From: a virus
Reading direction: 5' to 3' (one strand)
DNA: 64,000 nucleotides
IMG/VR virus record: IMGVR_UViG_3300029374_000001
Location: 192,001 to 256,000 of that record
The notes under the pieces are model-generated. The model saw only the letters and a list, made by a program, of their open reading frames with translations, was not told the origin of the DNA and searched no databases. The position numbers and the translations under genes are program-made. This document shows, piece after piece, positions 8,102 to 18,119 of this stretch; within the stretch, counting starts at the first letter, position 1; every line of letters begins with the position of its first letter.

Positions 8102-9075
8102 TCTTCTGCTTCCTCCTTGGACTTAAATAATGTGGAATTCTTCACTTCTGCTAAAAGTAAAGAGAAATTGATCTTATTACGAAGTCCTTTGTTATATAGA
8201 TTTCCAATAGACTCTACACATGTCTCAATATTAACGAATGGCATCATAAAGCTATGCTTTTCATTCAATACTTTATAGAGACGATCCTTATCGATATTTG
8301 GTACATGCATCAGAATCCAAATGATCCCAGAGAAAAATGCGGTCTTAGTTCCTTTACCATTTATACCTCTATCATATTCGGACGATCTGGTCATATGCAA
8401 ATAAGTATGAGTTTCTTCCAGAATATTCTTAGCATAGTTGTACTGTTCTTCAGAAACTGTACAAGAGCCAGACTTAATACTACCCGTGGCACCATATCTG
8501 CTTTTATGATACAATCCCAATACTTGATAAATATTCTTAGCACCAAGATCCCAATATGTATCAAAGAGCTTCTTAATACGAATATAATTTTCATCTCCAA
8601 GCTCTGCATATGATGCAATATAATCGTATGGTTTCCAATTAGACGTAATGACATTCATAGCAATGCAATCATCTACATCTAATCCTGGCTGAATAATATA
8701 CTCTACCGGAAGATGAAGAGCTCGTAATGCTTGTAATCTACCCTGACCATCAATAACTTCCATGTTTTCATTAACAATCAGAGGGTTAGTAATATATCCA
8801 TGCTGTACAATAGAACGAGTAATCTTTAATACGCGTTCCGACAATACAGCACGATTTCCAACCAATACTTTGAAAATATTGTAATCTCTGGTGACATAAA
8901 TCTTCTTTTCAGATTCTGTCATGGTCTTAACAATTTCTTTAGCCTTTTTAATACGTTTGGACATATCGGCCATAGGTTTCTTCGGAATCTTATTTTGAGC
9001 TCTTAGTCCAATCAATACAGACTCCTTGATGTTTACATCTTCACTAAAACTTTCATTAACTAATTCTTTTTCCAT
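8098..9075 (-). CDS. ParB/Srx-fold (DGQHR-like) nuclease-domain protein
   Basis: 'NPLIVNENMEVIDGQGRLQALRAL' resembles the ParB N-terminal/DGQHR motif region. AAAGGAG 8 nt upstream. Confidence 0.45.
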   Translation of the reverse strand: MEKELVNESFSEDVNIKESVLIGLRAQNKIPKKPMADMSKRIKKAKEIVKTMTESEKKIYVTRDYNIFKVLVGNRAVLSERVLKITRSIVQHGYITNPLIVNENMEVIDGQGRLQALRALHLPVEYIIQPGLDVDDCIAMNVITSNWKPYDYIASYAELGDENYIRIKKLFDTYWDLGAKNIYQVLGLYHKSRYGATGSIKSGSCTVSEEQYNYAKNILEETHTYLHMTRSSEYDRGINGKGTKTAFFSGIIWILMHVPNIDKDRLYKVLNEKHSFMMPFVNIETCVESIGNLYNKGLRNKINFSLLLAEVKNSTLFKSKEEAEE

Positions 9076-9237
9076 TTTACATACTCCTTTGTTTTACTAT
9101 GCATATTTGGAAATTTGAATATATAATAACCTGGGTATATCCCAGGTAAATAGGGATAATCTTAACTATCCGCTTTCATGATATTCCATTACATTCATAA
9201 TACTTCCTCCTTTTGAAAATATAATAACTTCTCAGAT

Positions 9238-9304
9238 ATATAATATATAACTAAAAAAGAAATAGATCACAAAAGATTCAGAGATGGTCTATATAGACCA
9301 TCTC
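9238..9304 (-). promoter_or_regulatory. Terminator-promoter module (palindrome gagatggtctat|atagaccatctc, T-run, TTGTGA-N17-TATATA)
   Basis: Hairpin 9281-9304 immediately 3' of the topoisomerase gene. Minus strand then reads tgaatcttttgtgatctatttcttttttagttatatattatata. Confidence 0.4.
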
Positions 9305-9312
9305 CTTTACTT

Positions 9313-11664
9313 TTATTCAATATCTTTTAATAATTCAGATTTGTCCGAATCAATTCTCCTGATTTCTTCGATTTCCTTGATGATATCGTTGGTTGTATAT
9401 CGAATCAAAGTTCTATTGAATTCAGGATGTAGAGCGGATATTCCCAATTCAGGAGCATCCATTTCACCCAACCCTTTAAAGCGTTGTAAACCTTTTGGTG
9501 TATATCTGTTGAATTCCTCCATCAGTTTATACAGACTTACTTTAACATCATTCAGAATATATCCATTAGGATCAGAATGCATAATGAATCGAGCAATTCG
9601 TTCATTACAGTCATTCAACATATTCTGATTGAATACGGCTGTTTGTACTTTATCGTTAGCTAGGCCATCTACTACTAAGATATGGTTCTCTTCTCTGACC
9701 TGTAAATACTTATACTGCTTCTTCAATTCTTTCTTGATAGAAGATATAGGTAATTGGTTCAGAATTAGACTATATAAGAATTCTAATAGGTTTGGCTCTA
9801 TCGCATAGTTCTGAGACAGTACGTTCATATTGAAGAGATAATCGATATTATCATTCAATAGTTGTACAACCTTAGAAGTTGGTAAAACAGATCCTGTAGA
9901 ACTCTTAATTACATTATGCTTAGCAAACTTAGTGTATACATAACGGATAAAGTCAGAACGATCTGTAAAGAATTCTTTAGCTTCTCCATTAGGTCCTTTG
10001 ATAGCAAACAATGGTGGTACTGCTGCATAAACTCTACCAGCTTCCACCAATGGTCTATAATATACCAAGAACATTTTCAACAACAATGTTCTGATATGAA
10101 GCCCATCTACGTCAGCATCTCCGAGGAATATGATCTTATCAAATTTACATTTGGATACATCACAACGTCTGCCTTCTCCACAATCTAGAAGAGTATATAT
10201 TGCTTTACATTCTTCGTTATTAAAGAATTCCTTCTTAGAACGAGTCATTGCATTCGATACTTTTCCTCGGAGTGGCATAATGCCCTGCTTTGTAGGATCA
10301 CATGCTTCTCGGCATGGAGACATAGCTGAGTCACCTTCGACCAGAATAAGCTCTAAATTCTTCTTACCAGATGGCTTCTGATACTTGGATGGTAATCCAG
10401 TAAATACAGATACAGCTGTCTTAGTTAATTGGATCTTTTCGCTATTAGTTTTCATACGTAGATTGCCAACGTCTTTGAAATATTTACATAGACGTTGTAG
10501 ATCATTTGCATTCGAACGACTCCATTCATCCAATCCTCTATCTACGAGGTCTTTAATAAATGGTTTAATATCTTCATTCGATAATAATTCTTTTGCCTGA
10601 CCAGCAAAGATCGGTTCCAGATGCATAACGGATACAACCGCTTTTAATCCGGCTCTGATATCGCTGTTGATTGTCGTTATCTTAGATTTATTCCCAAGAT
10701 AAATCTTGTTCATATAATTTCTAAAATAATTTGATAATGCATCGACAAAAGCTTGCGCATGAGTACTACCTGCACTAATGGTAGGACACATATTGGCAAA
10801 TGAATATACCGTGTCTTGTTCATCAAGACCGTTGGCATCATACGTGAAACTAATATCAGCCCTCATGGTTCCATTATCATCACTTAGATGAATTGGATTC
10901 ATGACAGGCTTGAATTGACTATTCATAAGATAGGTATCAATCCCATACTCATTCACTCTACGGATATTGATTTCTTTCCCATCTTTCTTCACTCCTTTGA
11001 AGTTAATAATAGCTCCAATTTTGAGTAAAGGCAGAATAATATCGATTAGACCCAATACTTCTTCACAAGTAACAGTAATCTTTCCCATGATTCTTTCTAA
11101 TGGGGTGAAAGATACTTTGGTTCCTTGGAAGTTCTCCTTATTGGGATAAGGAGTTCCAGATTTGTTTTCCGCAATTCCTTCATGGAAACTCATAGATAAT
11201 CCCATAGGTTTTCCTGTAGAACTATATTGCTTACAAATTCTGGATAATACTATAAAATCTTCAGACAATGCATTGGTTACTTTAGCACCTACCCCATGTC
11301 TGCCCGAAGAATAATTTCCTGCTGTTTTTACATAGTTAGACGAAGTATGTTCTTCTGCATAGATACGATGCATATCTTTAAACGGAATTCCTCGCCCATT
11401 ATCTGTTACTACGAACTGATGATTATCTTCATAGAACTCTACCCATACTTCTGTACAAGGAGAGTCTATCTTTTGAAGTTCATCGGTTGCATTCTGTAAT
11501 AATTCCCGACAGCAATTGATAAAACCTTTATTTCCAATACTGCCGATATACATACCAGGAGCTTGCTGAACTGCTTTAGCAAACTCTTTGATTGTTTTAA
11601 TACTTTTAGAATATTCTTGAATGTTCTTCTTAAAGTCTGTCAATTCAATACTCCTTTCTCTCAT
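9313..11664 (-). CDS. Type IIA DNA topoisomerase, ATPase + TOPRIM subunit (GyrB/ParE-like; T4 gp39+gp60-like)
   Basis: GHKL ATPase motifs 'PGMYIGS', 'VVTDNGRGIP' and 'SSGRHGVGAKVTNALS'. TOPRIM 'LILVEGDSA' ... 'PLRGKVSNA'. Start is uncertain: ATG 11664 is given here, and the track uses TTG 11670. Confidence 0.75.
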   Translation of the reverse strand: MRERSIELTDFKKNIQEYSKSIKTIKEFAKAVQQAPGMYIGSIGNKGFINCCRELLQNATDELQKIDSPCTEVWVEFYEDNHQFVVTDNGRGIPFKDMHRIYAEEHTSSNYVKTAGNYSSGRHGVGAKVTNALSEDFIVLSRICKQYSSTGKPMGLSMSFHEGIAENKSGTPYPNKENFQGTKVSFTPLERIMGKITVTCEEVLGLIDIILPLLKIGAIINFKGVKKDGKEINIRRVNEYGIDTYLMNSQFKPVMNPIHLSDDNGTMRADISFTYDANGLDEQDTVYSFANMCPTISAGSTHAQAFVDALSNYFRNYMNKIYLGNKSKITTINSDIRAGLKAVVSVMHLEPIFAGQAKELLSNEDIKPFIKDLVDRGLDEWSRSNANDLQRLCKYFKDVGNLRMKTNSEKIQLTKTAVSVFTGLPSKYQKPSGKKNLELILVEGDSAMSPCREACDPTKQGIMPLRGKVSNAMTRSKKEFFNNEECKAIYTLLDCGEGRRCDVSKCKFDKIIFLGDADVDGLHIRTLLLKMFLVYYRPLVEAGRVYAAVPPLFAIKGPNGEAKEFFTDRSDFIRYVYTKFAKHNVIKSSTGSVLPTSKVVQLLNDNIDYLFNMNVLSQNYAIEPNLLEFLYSLILNQLPISSIKKELKKQYKYLQVREENHILVVDGLANDKVQTAVFNQNMLNDCNERIARFIMHSDPNGYILNDVKVSLYKLMEEFNRYTPKGLQRFKGLGEMDAPELGISALHPEFNRTLIRYTTNDIIKEIEEIRRIDSDKSELLKDIE

Positions 11665-11704
11665 TAACAATTTCTTATTAACAAGTTTCTAGTATCGTAG
11701 ACTT

Positions 11705-12136
11705 TTAGTTAGCATGTTTTAATCGTTCTTTGATTTCTTCCTCAGACATATTTTCTCCCAGATCATTATCGAACATAGAAGCAAAATCATTTTTGTGTTC
11801 TCGAACTTCTTTAAGTTTTGCTTCCATATCTTCCATAAAATCTGCTGGCAATGGTTGACCATCGGGCGTAGCGTCAATACCAGCTACGACAGTCTTAGTC
11901 GCCCTATGCACAATATCAAATCCTCCTATACGTCCACATAGATCTTTATGCATAATCAGAAGCATACTTGGATTTTTTATTGATGCATTGGCAATATCAT
12001 CAGGTATAAATACATTGACAAATTCTGCTATCATTTTAATTAGAGTTTCTTTATCGGCACAAGTCGCTATATCTAGATGAACAATTTCACCATTATCATC
12101 ACAGATATCATCTTTCTTTGACTTATCGTCATCCAT
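11705..12136 (-). CDS. Acidic hypothetical protein
   Basis: AAAGGAG 7 nt upstream. D/E-rich termini. Confidence 0.5.
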   Translation of the reverse strand: MDDDKSKKDDICDDNGEIVHLDIATCADKETLIKMIAEFVNVFIPDDIANASIKNPSMLLIMHKDLCGRIGGFDIVHRATKTVVAGIDATPDGQPLPADFMEDMEAKLKEVREHKNDFASMFDNDLGENMSEEEIKERLKHAN

Positions 12137-12257
12137 ATCGTTTACTCCTTTTTAAAAATTAATGAATCAAAGTCAAGGAAGAGCAGATTAGACTGCTCTT
12201 CCCATTCTTCGATTTGTGTATTTATAGTTGTGTATATTTAGAGGAAATTAATTAGAC

Positions 12258-13166
12258 TTATCCGACGTAAGTCTTGGTTTCTCCATTTTCAGGAGTTGCA
12301 ACTGTTACATTCTGTGTTGCAGTTGCAGGCTTCGGAACAGCTACAGCAGTATTTTCTACTACCTGACCACCAATGGGATTGGAAGCACCAGAGAATTGCT
12401 GTGCCTGATCTGCTCTATACTGCGGCATACCGGCCGGAGCATACTGAGGAGCAGGTGCCGGCTGCTGCGGATACTGCATCGGCGGCATAGGCTGCTGCTG
12501 AGGCATCTGGTTATACATCGGAGCCTGTGGCTGCATCTGCGGTGCAGGATACTGAGGTGCCATAGGAGCCGGATACTGCTGAGGCATCATCGGCTGCTGG
12601 AATCCTGCCGGATTAGCCATATAGGGATTCATACCGTTGCCGGAGAATACCTGGCTATACATACCGATGGTATTAAATCCATCATATCCACCCTGCATGT
12701 TCGGCTGAGCCTGCTGTGGTGCATAAGACTTAGCATAATCAGATGCAACTTTCCACATCTGAGGAATCTGACTCAGAACATAGAATGCCGGATAAATTCT
12801 CTTACCAGCTTCCGGATCGATACCACCATAATAGAACTTAATAGATTCTACGATGTCTTTCAGATCACTTATAGTCTGACTGATATCTGTTCCAGGTTCA
12901 ACTGGTTTAAAACGTTCACCACAAATAGTACATTCATACACACCGTCTCCGATATGACGAATTGTACCACGTCCATTGTCGTGGTGAACACACTTTGTCT
13001 TTAAGTTGTCAATAGGAGACATTGCTGTAAAGAACTCCTGTTTCTGCGGCGCTTTTTGCCGCAACAGTGCAATCTCTTCTGGGTTCAAAAGCTGATTGGT
13101 AGCGGGCGGTGTTGGAGCCTGCTGCGGATAAAATCCATACCCAGTCTGACCATAAAAATTCTCCAT
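12258..13166 (-). CDS. Zn-ribbon protein with long P/Q/M/Y-rich low-complexity C-terminal region
   Basis: C-x(n)-H...CTICGERF zinc-ribbon-like site. About 120 aa of PQQYPAPMAPQYPAPQMQPQAPMYNQMPQQQPMPP-type sequence. This is a locally GC-rich island, which explains the spurious + strand ORF 12396..13004. AAGGAGG 5 nt upstream. Confidence 0.55.
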   Translation of the reverse strand: MENFYGQTGYGFYPQQAPTPPATNQLLNPEEIALLRQKAPQKQEFFTAMSPIDNLKTKCVHHDNGRGTIRHIGDGVYECTICGERFKPVEPGTDISQTISDLKDIVESIKFYYGGIDPEAGKRIYPAFYVLSQIPQMWKVASDYAKSYAPQQAQPNMQGGYDGFNTIGMYSQVFSGNGMNPYMANPAGFQQPMMPQQYPAPMAPQYPAPQMQPQAPMYNQMPQQQPMPPMQYPQQPAPAPQYAPAGMPQYRADQAQQFSGASNPIGGQVVENTAVAVPKPATATQNVTVATPENGETKTYVG

Positions 13167-13268
13167 GTTTGTTTCCTCCTTAAAATAATTTTTAATCTCT
13201 CCATGGAAATATTAAAAGAGGCATAGAGCCTCATAGTAATATTATATAATTATAACAGTTTTTAAAAC

Positions 13269-13766
13269 TTACTTGTACGGGTTATCTATCGGTTTACCAT
13301 TTAAACCTTTATCGTACAGGTCCATGTCTGTAGCCGGACAAGTCTGGCTAACGTATTTATCAAAGATCTTTTTCTTTAATGCATTATTTAATCCTACCTG
13401 AGTAGCATCCACTCTGGCTTTAGCACCAGAATTTTGAATAGCATCAAACGAAGATTTCAGCGCATCTTTAGACAATAAGATCTTCATCTCCTGTATTTCT
13501 CCATAATCAAATGCAGACAATACAGCAGGTACAGATACATGATCTCGACCAATCATAGCCGGTGTCATGTTGCGAAGCTGGTTGTAATGATAATAGAAGC
13601 ATACTTCTTTAGCATCATCCCAAAACAGTTCACATTTACTGTCATCAATCCAGGCATCATTATCGAGTTTCAATACCATAGTAGGTACATGTTCTACCCC
13701 ATCAGATGTCTTGATCTTGATCTGTTCAAACACGTTACGAATAGCAATAACATACTGTTTATCCAT
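13269..13766 (-). CDS. Hypothetical protein
   Basis: AGAGGTGA 4 nt upstream of the ATG. Confidence 0.55.
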   Translation of the reverse strand: MDKQYVIAIRNVFEQIKIKTSDGVEHVPTMVLKLDNDAWIDDSKCELFWDDAKEVCFYYHYNQLRNMTPAMIGRDHVSVPAVLSAFDYGEIQEMKILLSKDALKSSFDAIQNSGAKARVDATQVGLNNALKKKIFDKYVSQTCPATDMDLYDKGLNGKPIDNPYK

Positions 13767-13848
13767 AGAATCTCACCTCTAATCACAAATAACAAACAAA
13801 TACCCAACTAGAATGCAAATTCTAATTACATATTTGTTGTATTTGTAA

Positions 13849-14319
13849 TTAAATTGTATTCTTGTATGAGTACTTCAACGCGTTGGGTAATACTGTAATG
13901 TTATTGAGATCACCAGTTTTATTTAATGCGTAAATGCGCTCATAAATGATTCTATATGCATGATAACTTTCATTGGCTTCTGCTCTAACCCTAAGTGAAT
14001 TCTCATCGCCAGGATAAGTGGTACAATAAAGATTTAAAGCAGATAAGATAGTAGACTTTCTTACATATTCTTCATCTACAACTTCAATTAGCCAGAAATT
14101 GAATTGTGGTGTAAAATATCGTCCATACTTATTGATATTTACATTCCCATAGGCAATATCTTTAATTAACCTATGCATATCTCTTTTTAATCTGGCAATA
14201 GCCGCTGGCTCTGTGATATACTGTAAGAAGTTTTCGCCATACCTCTGAATATATCCTTCGAAGAACTTAGATGCTTTCTGTTGTTTCTTAGGTCTTTTGA
14301 ATGATTTGGAATTATACAT
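13849..14319 (-). CDS. Hypothetical protein
   Basis: ORF with AAAGGAGA upstream. Confidence 0.5.
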   Translation of the reverse strand: MYNSKSFKRPKKQQKASKFFEGYIQRYGENFLQYITEPAAIARLKRDMHRLIKDIAYGNVNINKYGRYFTPQFNFWLIEVVDEEYVRKSTILSALNLYCTTYPGDENSLRVRAEANESYHAYRIIYERIYALNKTGDLNNITVLPNALKYSYKNTI

Positions 14320-14325
14320 TGAATA

Positions 14326-14835
14326 TCATTCTCCTTTCTTAATCATATATGTATATATAGCTTTGACTAACGATGCTGCTTGTTCATTGTATTTGGGCAA
14401 TAAATATGGATCATTCTGAAATTGATCGAAATTCTTTACCCAATATTTAATCAAACGTAATTCGAATTGAACTCGGTCTTTTGGTGGATCAAATATGGCT
14501 GTCAAATACATAAATTGCCATATTGGAGATCCCTCTTGACTTACTCGTATACATCTAGATACACTTTCTTCGAAAACTTTATCATTGTCTTTAGGTTTCC
14601 ATTCTATTTTTCCATGATCTTTATCATAGTCTGTTAATCGATATACATGATTTTTAATTTCAATAGTAATCAAATACGCATAGATCGCATATATTCTTTT
14701 ACCTTTGTTTTGTTTCGTTTTAACCTTAGGAGTATTGATCATCAATTCTTCTAAGGTTCCTGTATCTTCTGTGGAAAATGAATCTATCATAGAATCATAT
14801 ACAGCTCGTAGAAGAACTTGAGGTTGACTACTCAT
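14326..14835 (-). CDS. Hypothetical protein
   Basis: TAAGGAGA 6 nt upstream. Confidence 0.5.
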   Translation of the reverse strand: MSSQPQVLLRAVYDSMIDSFSTEDTGTLEELMINTPKVKTKQNKGKRIYAIYAYLITIEIKNHVYRLTDYDKDHGKIEWKPKDNDKVFEESVSRCIRVSQEGSPIWQFMYLTAIFDPPKDRVQFELRLIKYWVKNFDQFQNDPYLLPKYNEQAASLVKAIYTYMIKKGE

Positions 14836-14846
14836 CGTTATTCTCC

Positions 14847-15299
14847 TTAAATATTATGAGCCATATCTTTATCGTAGAATGTATCTAAATCGTCATCCGT
14901 ATATAAATGATGCTTTTCACAATACTCATTATATGCAGGATCTTCAGATATTAGATCAATCAGATCTTCATAGTTTCCTACATTAGGAAGTACAAAGTCT
15001 TCTGGCTTGGTTTCAAATACATACCTCATGAAGGAATAGAAACTAATTCCATTCTGAGGCGTAACTTTTTCGCTAATAATGGTCGACTTAAACCAATCAA
15101 TCGTACCATATTCTTCATAGAATACATAGATTCTATCTAATGCAGCTGCTCGTCCATCAACAATATCAAAGATTTGAATAGGTTCCCCCTTAGTCTCTTC
15201 TGTATAAACAAGCAGCAAATAACGTAATTCTTTTTCTTCTTGTTCCTGGTCTTCAACTGTCATTGCATTAACCAGGTTCTTTCTAAATATCATACTCAT
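14847..15299 (-). CDS. Hypothetical protein (150 aa)
   Basis: Track ORF trimmed to MSMIFRKN, which has AGGAGG 9 nt upstream. The discarded extension overlaps a terminator hairpin. Confidence 0.5.
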   Translation of the reverse strand: MSMIFRKNLVNAMTVEDQEQEEKELRYLLLVYTEETKGEPIQIFDIVDGRAAALDRIYVFYEEYGTIDWFKSTIISEKVTPQNGISFYSFMRYVFETKPEDFVLPNVGNYEDLIDLISEDPAYNEYCEKHHLYTDDDLDTFYDKDMAHNI

Positions 15300-15321
15300 A
15301 AAAAATATCCTCCTTTTGAAA

Positions 15322-15362
15322 TAAAAATATTCATGAGGTAACAATACCTCATGAATATAATA
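15322..15362 (-). terminator. Rho-independent terminator (attcatgaggta..tacctcatgaat) followed by atttttatttc
   Basis: Hairpin 15333-15360, 3' of the helicase gene 15389..16588. Confidence 0.45.
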
Positions 15363-15388
15363 TATCATTTCAACTAAATTTATAGAAA

Positions 15389-16588
15389 TTACCAATACTG
15401 TTTTCTGCTTCTAAGTACAAATGTACAATGTTTAGCAAATCGAGTGATACCTGTATAGTCTAAATGTTTCATAATATCGCCTCCCAGCCATTCTGAGATG
15501 TATATTCCATCATTATACTGGGAACCCTGTGATAAATGCGTTGTGATACAATAGGCAAGCTCAAACCGCTCTCCTCTCGTATATTTAGAGTTGCGTAAAA
15601 CGTCTTTTTTCTCTTTGGATGCATTGAAGTATTCAAAAGAACATTTTAGATCTATAAAGGTTCTATTAAAAGCAAATGGTTTAAAATTAATTTTAAACCA
15701 TGACCGATCTTTGGATATAGAAGCTACTGTAGGATAATTAACCACTGTACCGGTTAATCCATTTGCTAAACTGATTCCGTCTAAATCATATCTCCAATTG
15801 TTTTTTCTACATATGACTTTCTCTCCATGTTCTGGAATTTTTCGTTTAGGATCTATTCCTCTTAATTGTCTCATTTTTGTATTGTATTTATCTCTGGTAA
15901 CATTCTTACCACAGAGTATCATATCTGCATTCATCAGCATATCGTCTGTTAAGTCTTCTTGCTCTATGATATCTACGTTATCATATGTACCAGGATATAA
16001 TTCTTCTCCATTTAGAATCTTATGAGCAATCTGCACAATACCAGAATCTTTATCTTGTCTCATAATCTGAGTCAATTTAAAGATATCCTTTTCTATTAAG
16101 AATGCAGGATTATCTCCAACTGGTGGTAGTTGGTTAAGATCTCCACAACAAAGAATCTTTACACCTTTATCCAATAGCTTTTGTTTTAAGCTCATAGGAA
16201 CAAAGCTGGCTTCGTCGATACAGATTAACTTTACATCTGGTGGTAATTGTTTATCTACAAAGATAAGTTTTGTTTTATATCTATTCAGATAAGCGTCATA
16301 TTGTTCAGTGTCTCTAACAAATACAGGCTTAAATATCCATGAATGAATGGTTCTTGAATTGGTTAATCCCTTAGAACGCAATACCAAAGCAGCCGTACCA
16401 GTGTAGCACATAGGAGCTACTTCCCATTCATGCAATCCCAGTCGTCTGATTACTTCTGACATAACAACGGTTTTACCGCAACCCGCTTCTCCGGTATAGC
16501 TGGAGATGGGTTCTTTAGAATTCCAGAACCAATCAATAATACGATTGACCAGTTCTTCTTGTTGCTCGGTTAAGACGACATCATTCAT
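15389..16588 (-). CDS. Superfamily 1 helicase, Dda/RecD-like (AAA_30/UvrD_C_2 type)
   Basis: Walker A 'GEAGCGKT'. Walker B 'ICIDEASFV'. Motif VI-like 'ITTHLSQGSQYN'. Start set at MNDVVLTEQQ, where ATG overlaps the upstream TGA (GATGAATGATG). The track's 16642 start is rejected. Confidence 0.7.
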   Translation of the reverse strand: MNDVVLTEQQEELVNRIIDWFWNSKEPISSYTGEAGCGKTVVMSEVIRRLGLHEWEVAPMCYTGTAALVLRSKGLTNSRTIHSWIFKPVFVRDTEQYDAYLNRYKTKLIFVDKQLPPDVKLICIDEASFVPMSLKQKLLDKGVKILCCGDLNQLPPVGDNPAFLIEKDIFKLTQIMRQDKDSGIVQIAHKILNGEELYPGTYDNVDIIEQEDLTDDMLMNADMILCGKNVTRDKYNTKMRQLRGIDPKRKIPEHGEKVICRKNNWRYDLDGISLANGLTGTVVNYPTVASISKDRSWFKINFKPFAFNRTFIDLKCSFEYFNASKEKKDVLRNSKYTRGERFELAYCITTHLSQGSQYNDGIYISEWLGGDIMKHLDYTGITRFAKHCTFVLRSRKQYW

Positions 16589-17177
16589 CTTCTTTCTTCT
16601 TTCTGGGAACTTTAGGTCTCTTACTGAAATCAAACTTATCATAAGATTCCATATCCATTCGTCTTAGTTGATCATATTCAATAATCAAACCGTCATCCAA
16701 CATCAGAATCAAATCCATATATTTCAGACAGTCTCTATTATAAATATGACCATCTAATTCTGGCTTATTGAAATAAGCAATGAATGCATATCCCGGATCA
16801 TTCATCTTTCTATTGCTAATGCCCATAGATAAGACTTCATTATTCGTATCTATTCCTAATTGGTGAACCATAAACCATCCTAAGCATTGCTGCATAAGAG
16901 CCATATTATTATATGGGTCAAACAACTTAGTATCTTCTGCACGTGTTTCTGCTAAATCACAATATGGCTTCTTAAATGGCACATATTTAAATCCATCGAA
17001 TACAAAAGCCAATGGTTTCTGAGATTGGTAGTCTATAATATCTGGACAATATAAATATCCCGTTTGTTCGTCGATCTCTAGCCCTATTCGTTGGAATACA
17101 AAGTTAGAGAATTTCATTGCATTTTCTAATTTCACTTTTTCATAATACTCTTTGTTTAGTTCGTCGCGTACTGACAT
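16581..17177 (-). CDS. Hypothetical protein
   Basis: AAGGAGAG 6 nt upstream. Confidence 0.5.
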   Translation of the reverse strand: MSVRDELNKEYYEKVKLENAMKFSNFVFQRIGLEIDEQTGYLYCPDIIDYQSQKPLAFVFDGFKYVPFKKPYCDLAETRAEDTKLFDPYNNMALMQQCLGWFMVHQLGIDTNNEVLSMGISNRKMNDPGYAFIAYFNKPELDGHIYNRDCLKYMDLILMLDDGLIIEYDQLRRMDMESYDKFDFSKRPKVPRKKKEDE

Positions 17178-17265
17178 ACTAATCTCTCCTTAGTTTAACA
17201 ATACTATAATTGAACTTACTATAGATATAATATATATTTTCTTAACGATTTGGGGGTAAATACAT

Positions 17266-17613
17266 ATGGACGACTCCAGTGGAGTATCTACAACTGCCAT
17301 AGCCATATTGTTGGATACTTGTAATAAATATGAATGTGGTAAATTCCCATTCAGACTTAGTTCATTGGTTGGACTGAAAGATAATACAACGACAATTGCT
17401 CATGCCAGCTTATCTAAGAAAAATTTATTGAATAAAAATAAAGGCAGCATACCGATTGGAAATGTAAATACGGCATCAACCATTATGCTGGAAATACCTA
17501 CAGACGTAGCCAGAAAATATCCGGTCAAATTTATTCCCCCTGGAACAAGATTTATCGTTACATTTAATAGTGGTGATATTACTAAACCAGTTATTGTAGG
17601 AGGTGAATTCTAA
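17266..17613 (+). CDS. Hypothetical protein
   Basis: Plus-strand ORF in a divergent intergenic context. GGGGGT upstream. Confidence 0.45.
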   Translation: MDDSSGVSTTAIAILLDTCNKYECGKFPFRLSSLVGLKDNTTTIAHASLSKKNLLNKNKGSIPIGNVNTASTIMLEIPTDVARKYPVKFIPPGTRFIVTFNSGDITKPVIVGGEF

Positions 17614-18080
17614 TGCCATTGGTCCCAAGTGCTTCTGGAGTAATTACAGATGGGCAATCTAATCCTATCTACTCTCATACATTGGATGAATTTATTATGG
17701 CTGGTAAGAACGCTAACAATAGAATTCCATCCTTTGATAAACTCAGCTATCAGATGACACAAGCCAATATCAAGTACATCGTAAAGAATGTGCTCGATGA
17801 TTACTTAGTAGAATTGAAACGACTGTGTATCTATATCAAATTATCAAAAGAAGAGCTCAAAAAGTATAATTACAATCCCAAACGTCTTTGTGCAGATATA
17901 TATGGGAATACAGAAATGTATTATTTGATTTTATTATTGAACGGTATATGCGATGTCAAAGAATTTCATGATATGAACCCGATTCGAATGCTGCCTATTG
18001 GGGTACTAAATGATGCATTGTCTGCCATTCAGATTAATGAATTGCCCAGTATTAACAGATATAATTCTATTCACACATAA
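17613..18080 (+). CDS. Hypothetical protein
   Basis: AGGAGGTGA 6 nt upstream. ATG overlaps the previous stop. Confidence 0.5.
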   Translation: MPLVPSASGVITDGQSNPIYSHTLDEFIMAGKNANNRIPSFDKLSYQMTQANIKYIVKNVLDDYLVELKRLCIYIKLSKEELKKYNYNPKRLCADIYGNTEMYYLILLLNGICDVKEFHDMNPIRMLPIGVLNDALSAIQINELPSINRYNSIHT

Positions 18081-18095
18081 AAAATAAAAAAGAAT

Positions 18096-18119
18096 ACGTG
18101 AGTCGATATCGACTCACGT
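18096..18119. terminator. Perfect 24-bp palindrome acgtgagtcgat|atcgactcacgt between convergent genes (bidirectional terminator candidate)
   Basis: Exact inverted repeat with an A-run on the + side (a T-run on the minus strand). It overlaps the last two codons and stop of the 18114..19916 gene. Confidence 0.45.

Noticed and set aside
12396-13004. 202-aa plus-strand ORF inside the P/Q-rich gene
   Set aside because: Its arginine/leucine/histidine-rich translation (LRxLHRRHRLL...) comes from reading ccg/cag/ctg repeats on the opposite strand. It has no SD.
15300-15395. N-terminal extensions of track ORFs (also 16589..16642, 22542..22583, 55496..55525, 53838..53849, 2977..2985, 4488..4502)
   Set aside because: In each case an internal ATG with a properly spaced AGGAGG-type SD exists. 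The extension starts from TTG/GTG or lacks an SD. The track appears to translate alternative start codons as M.
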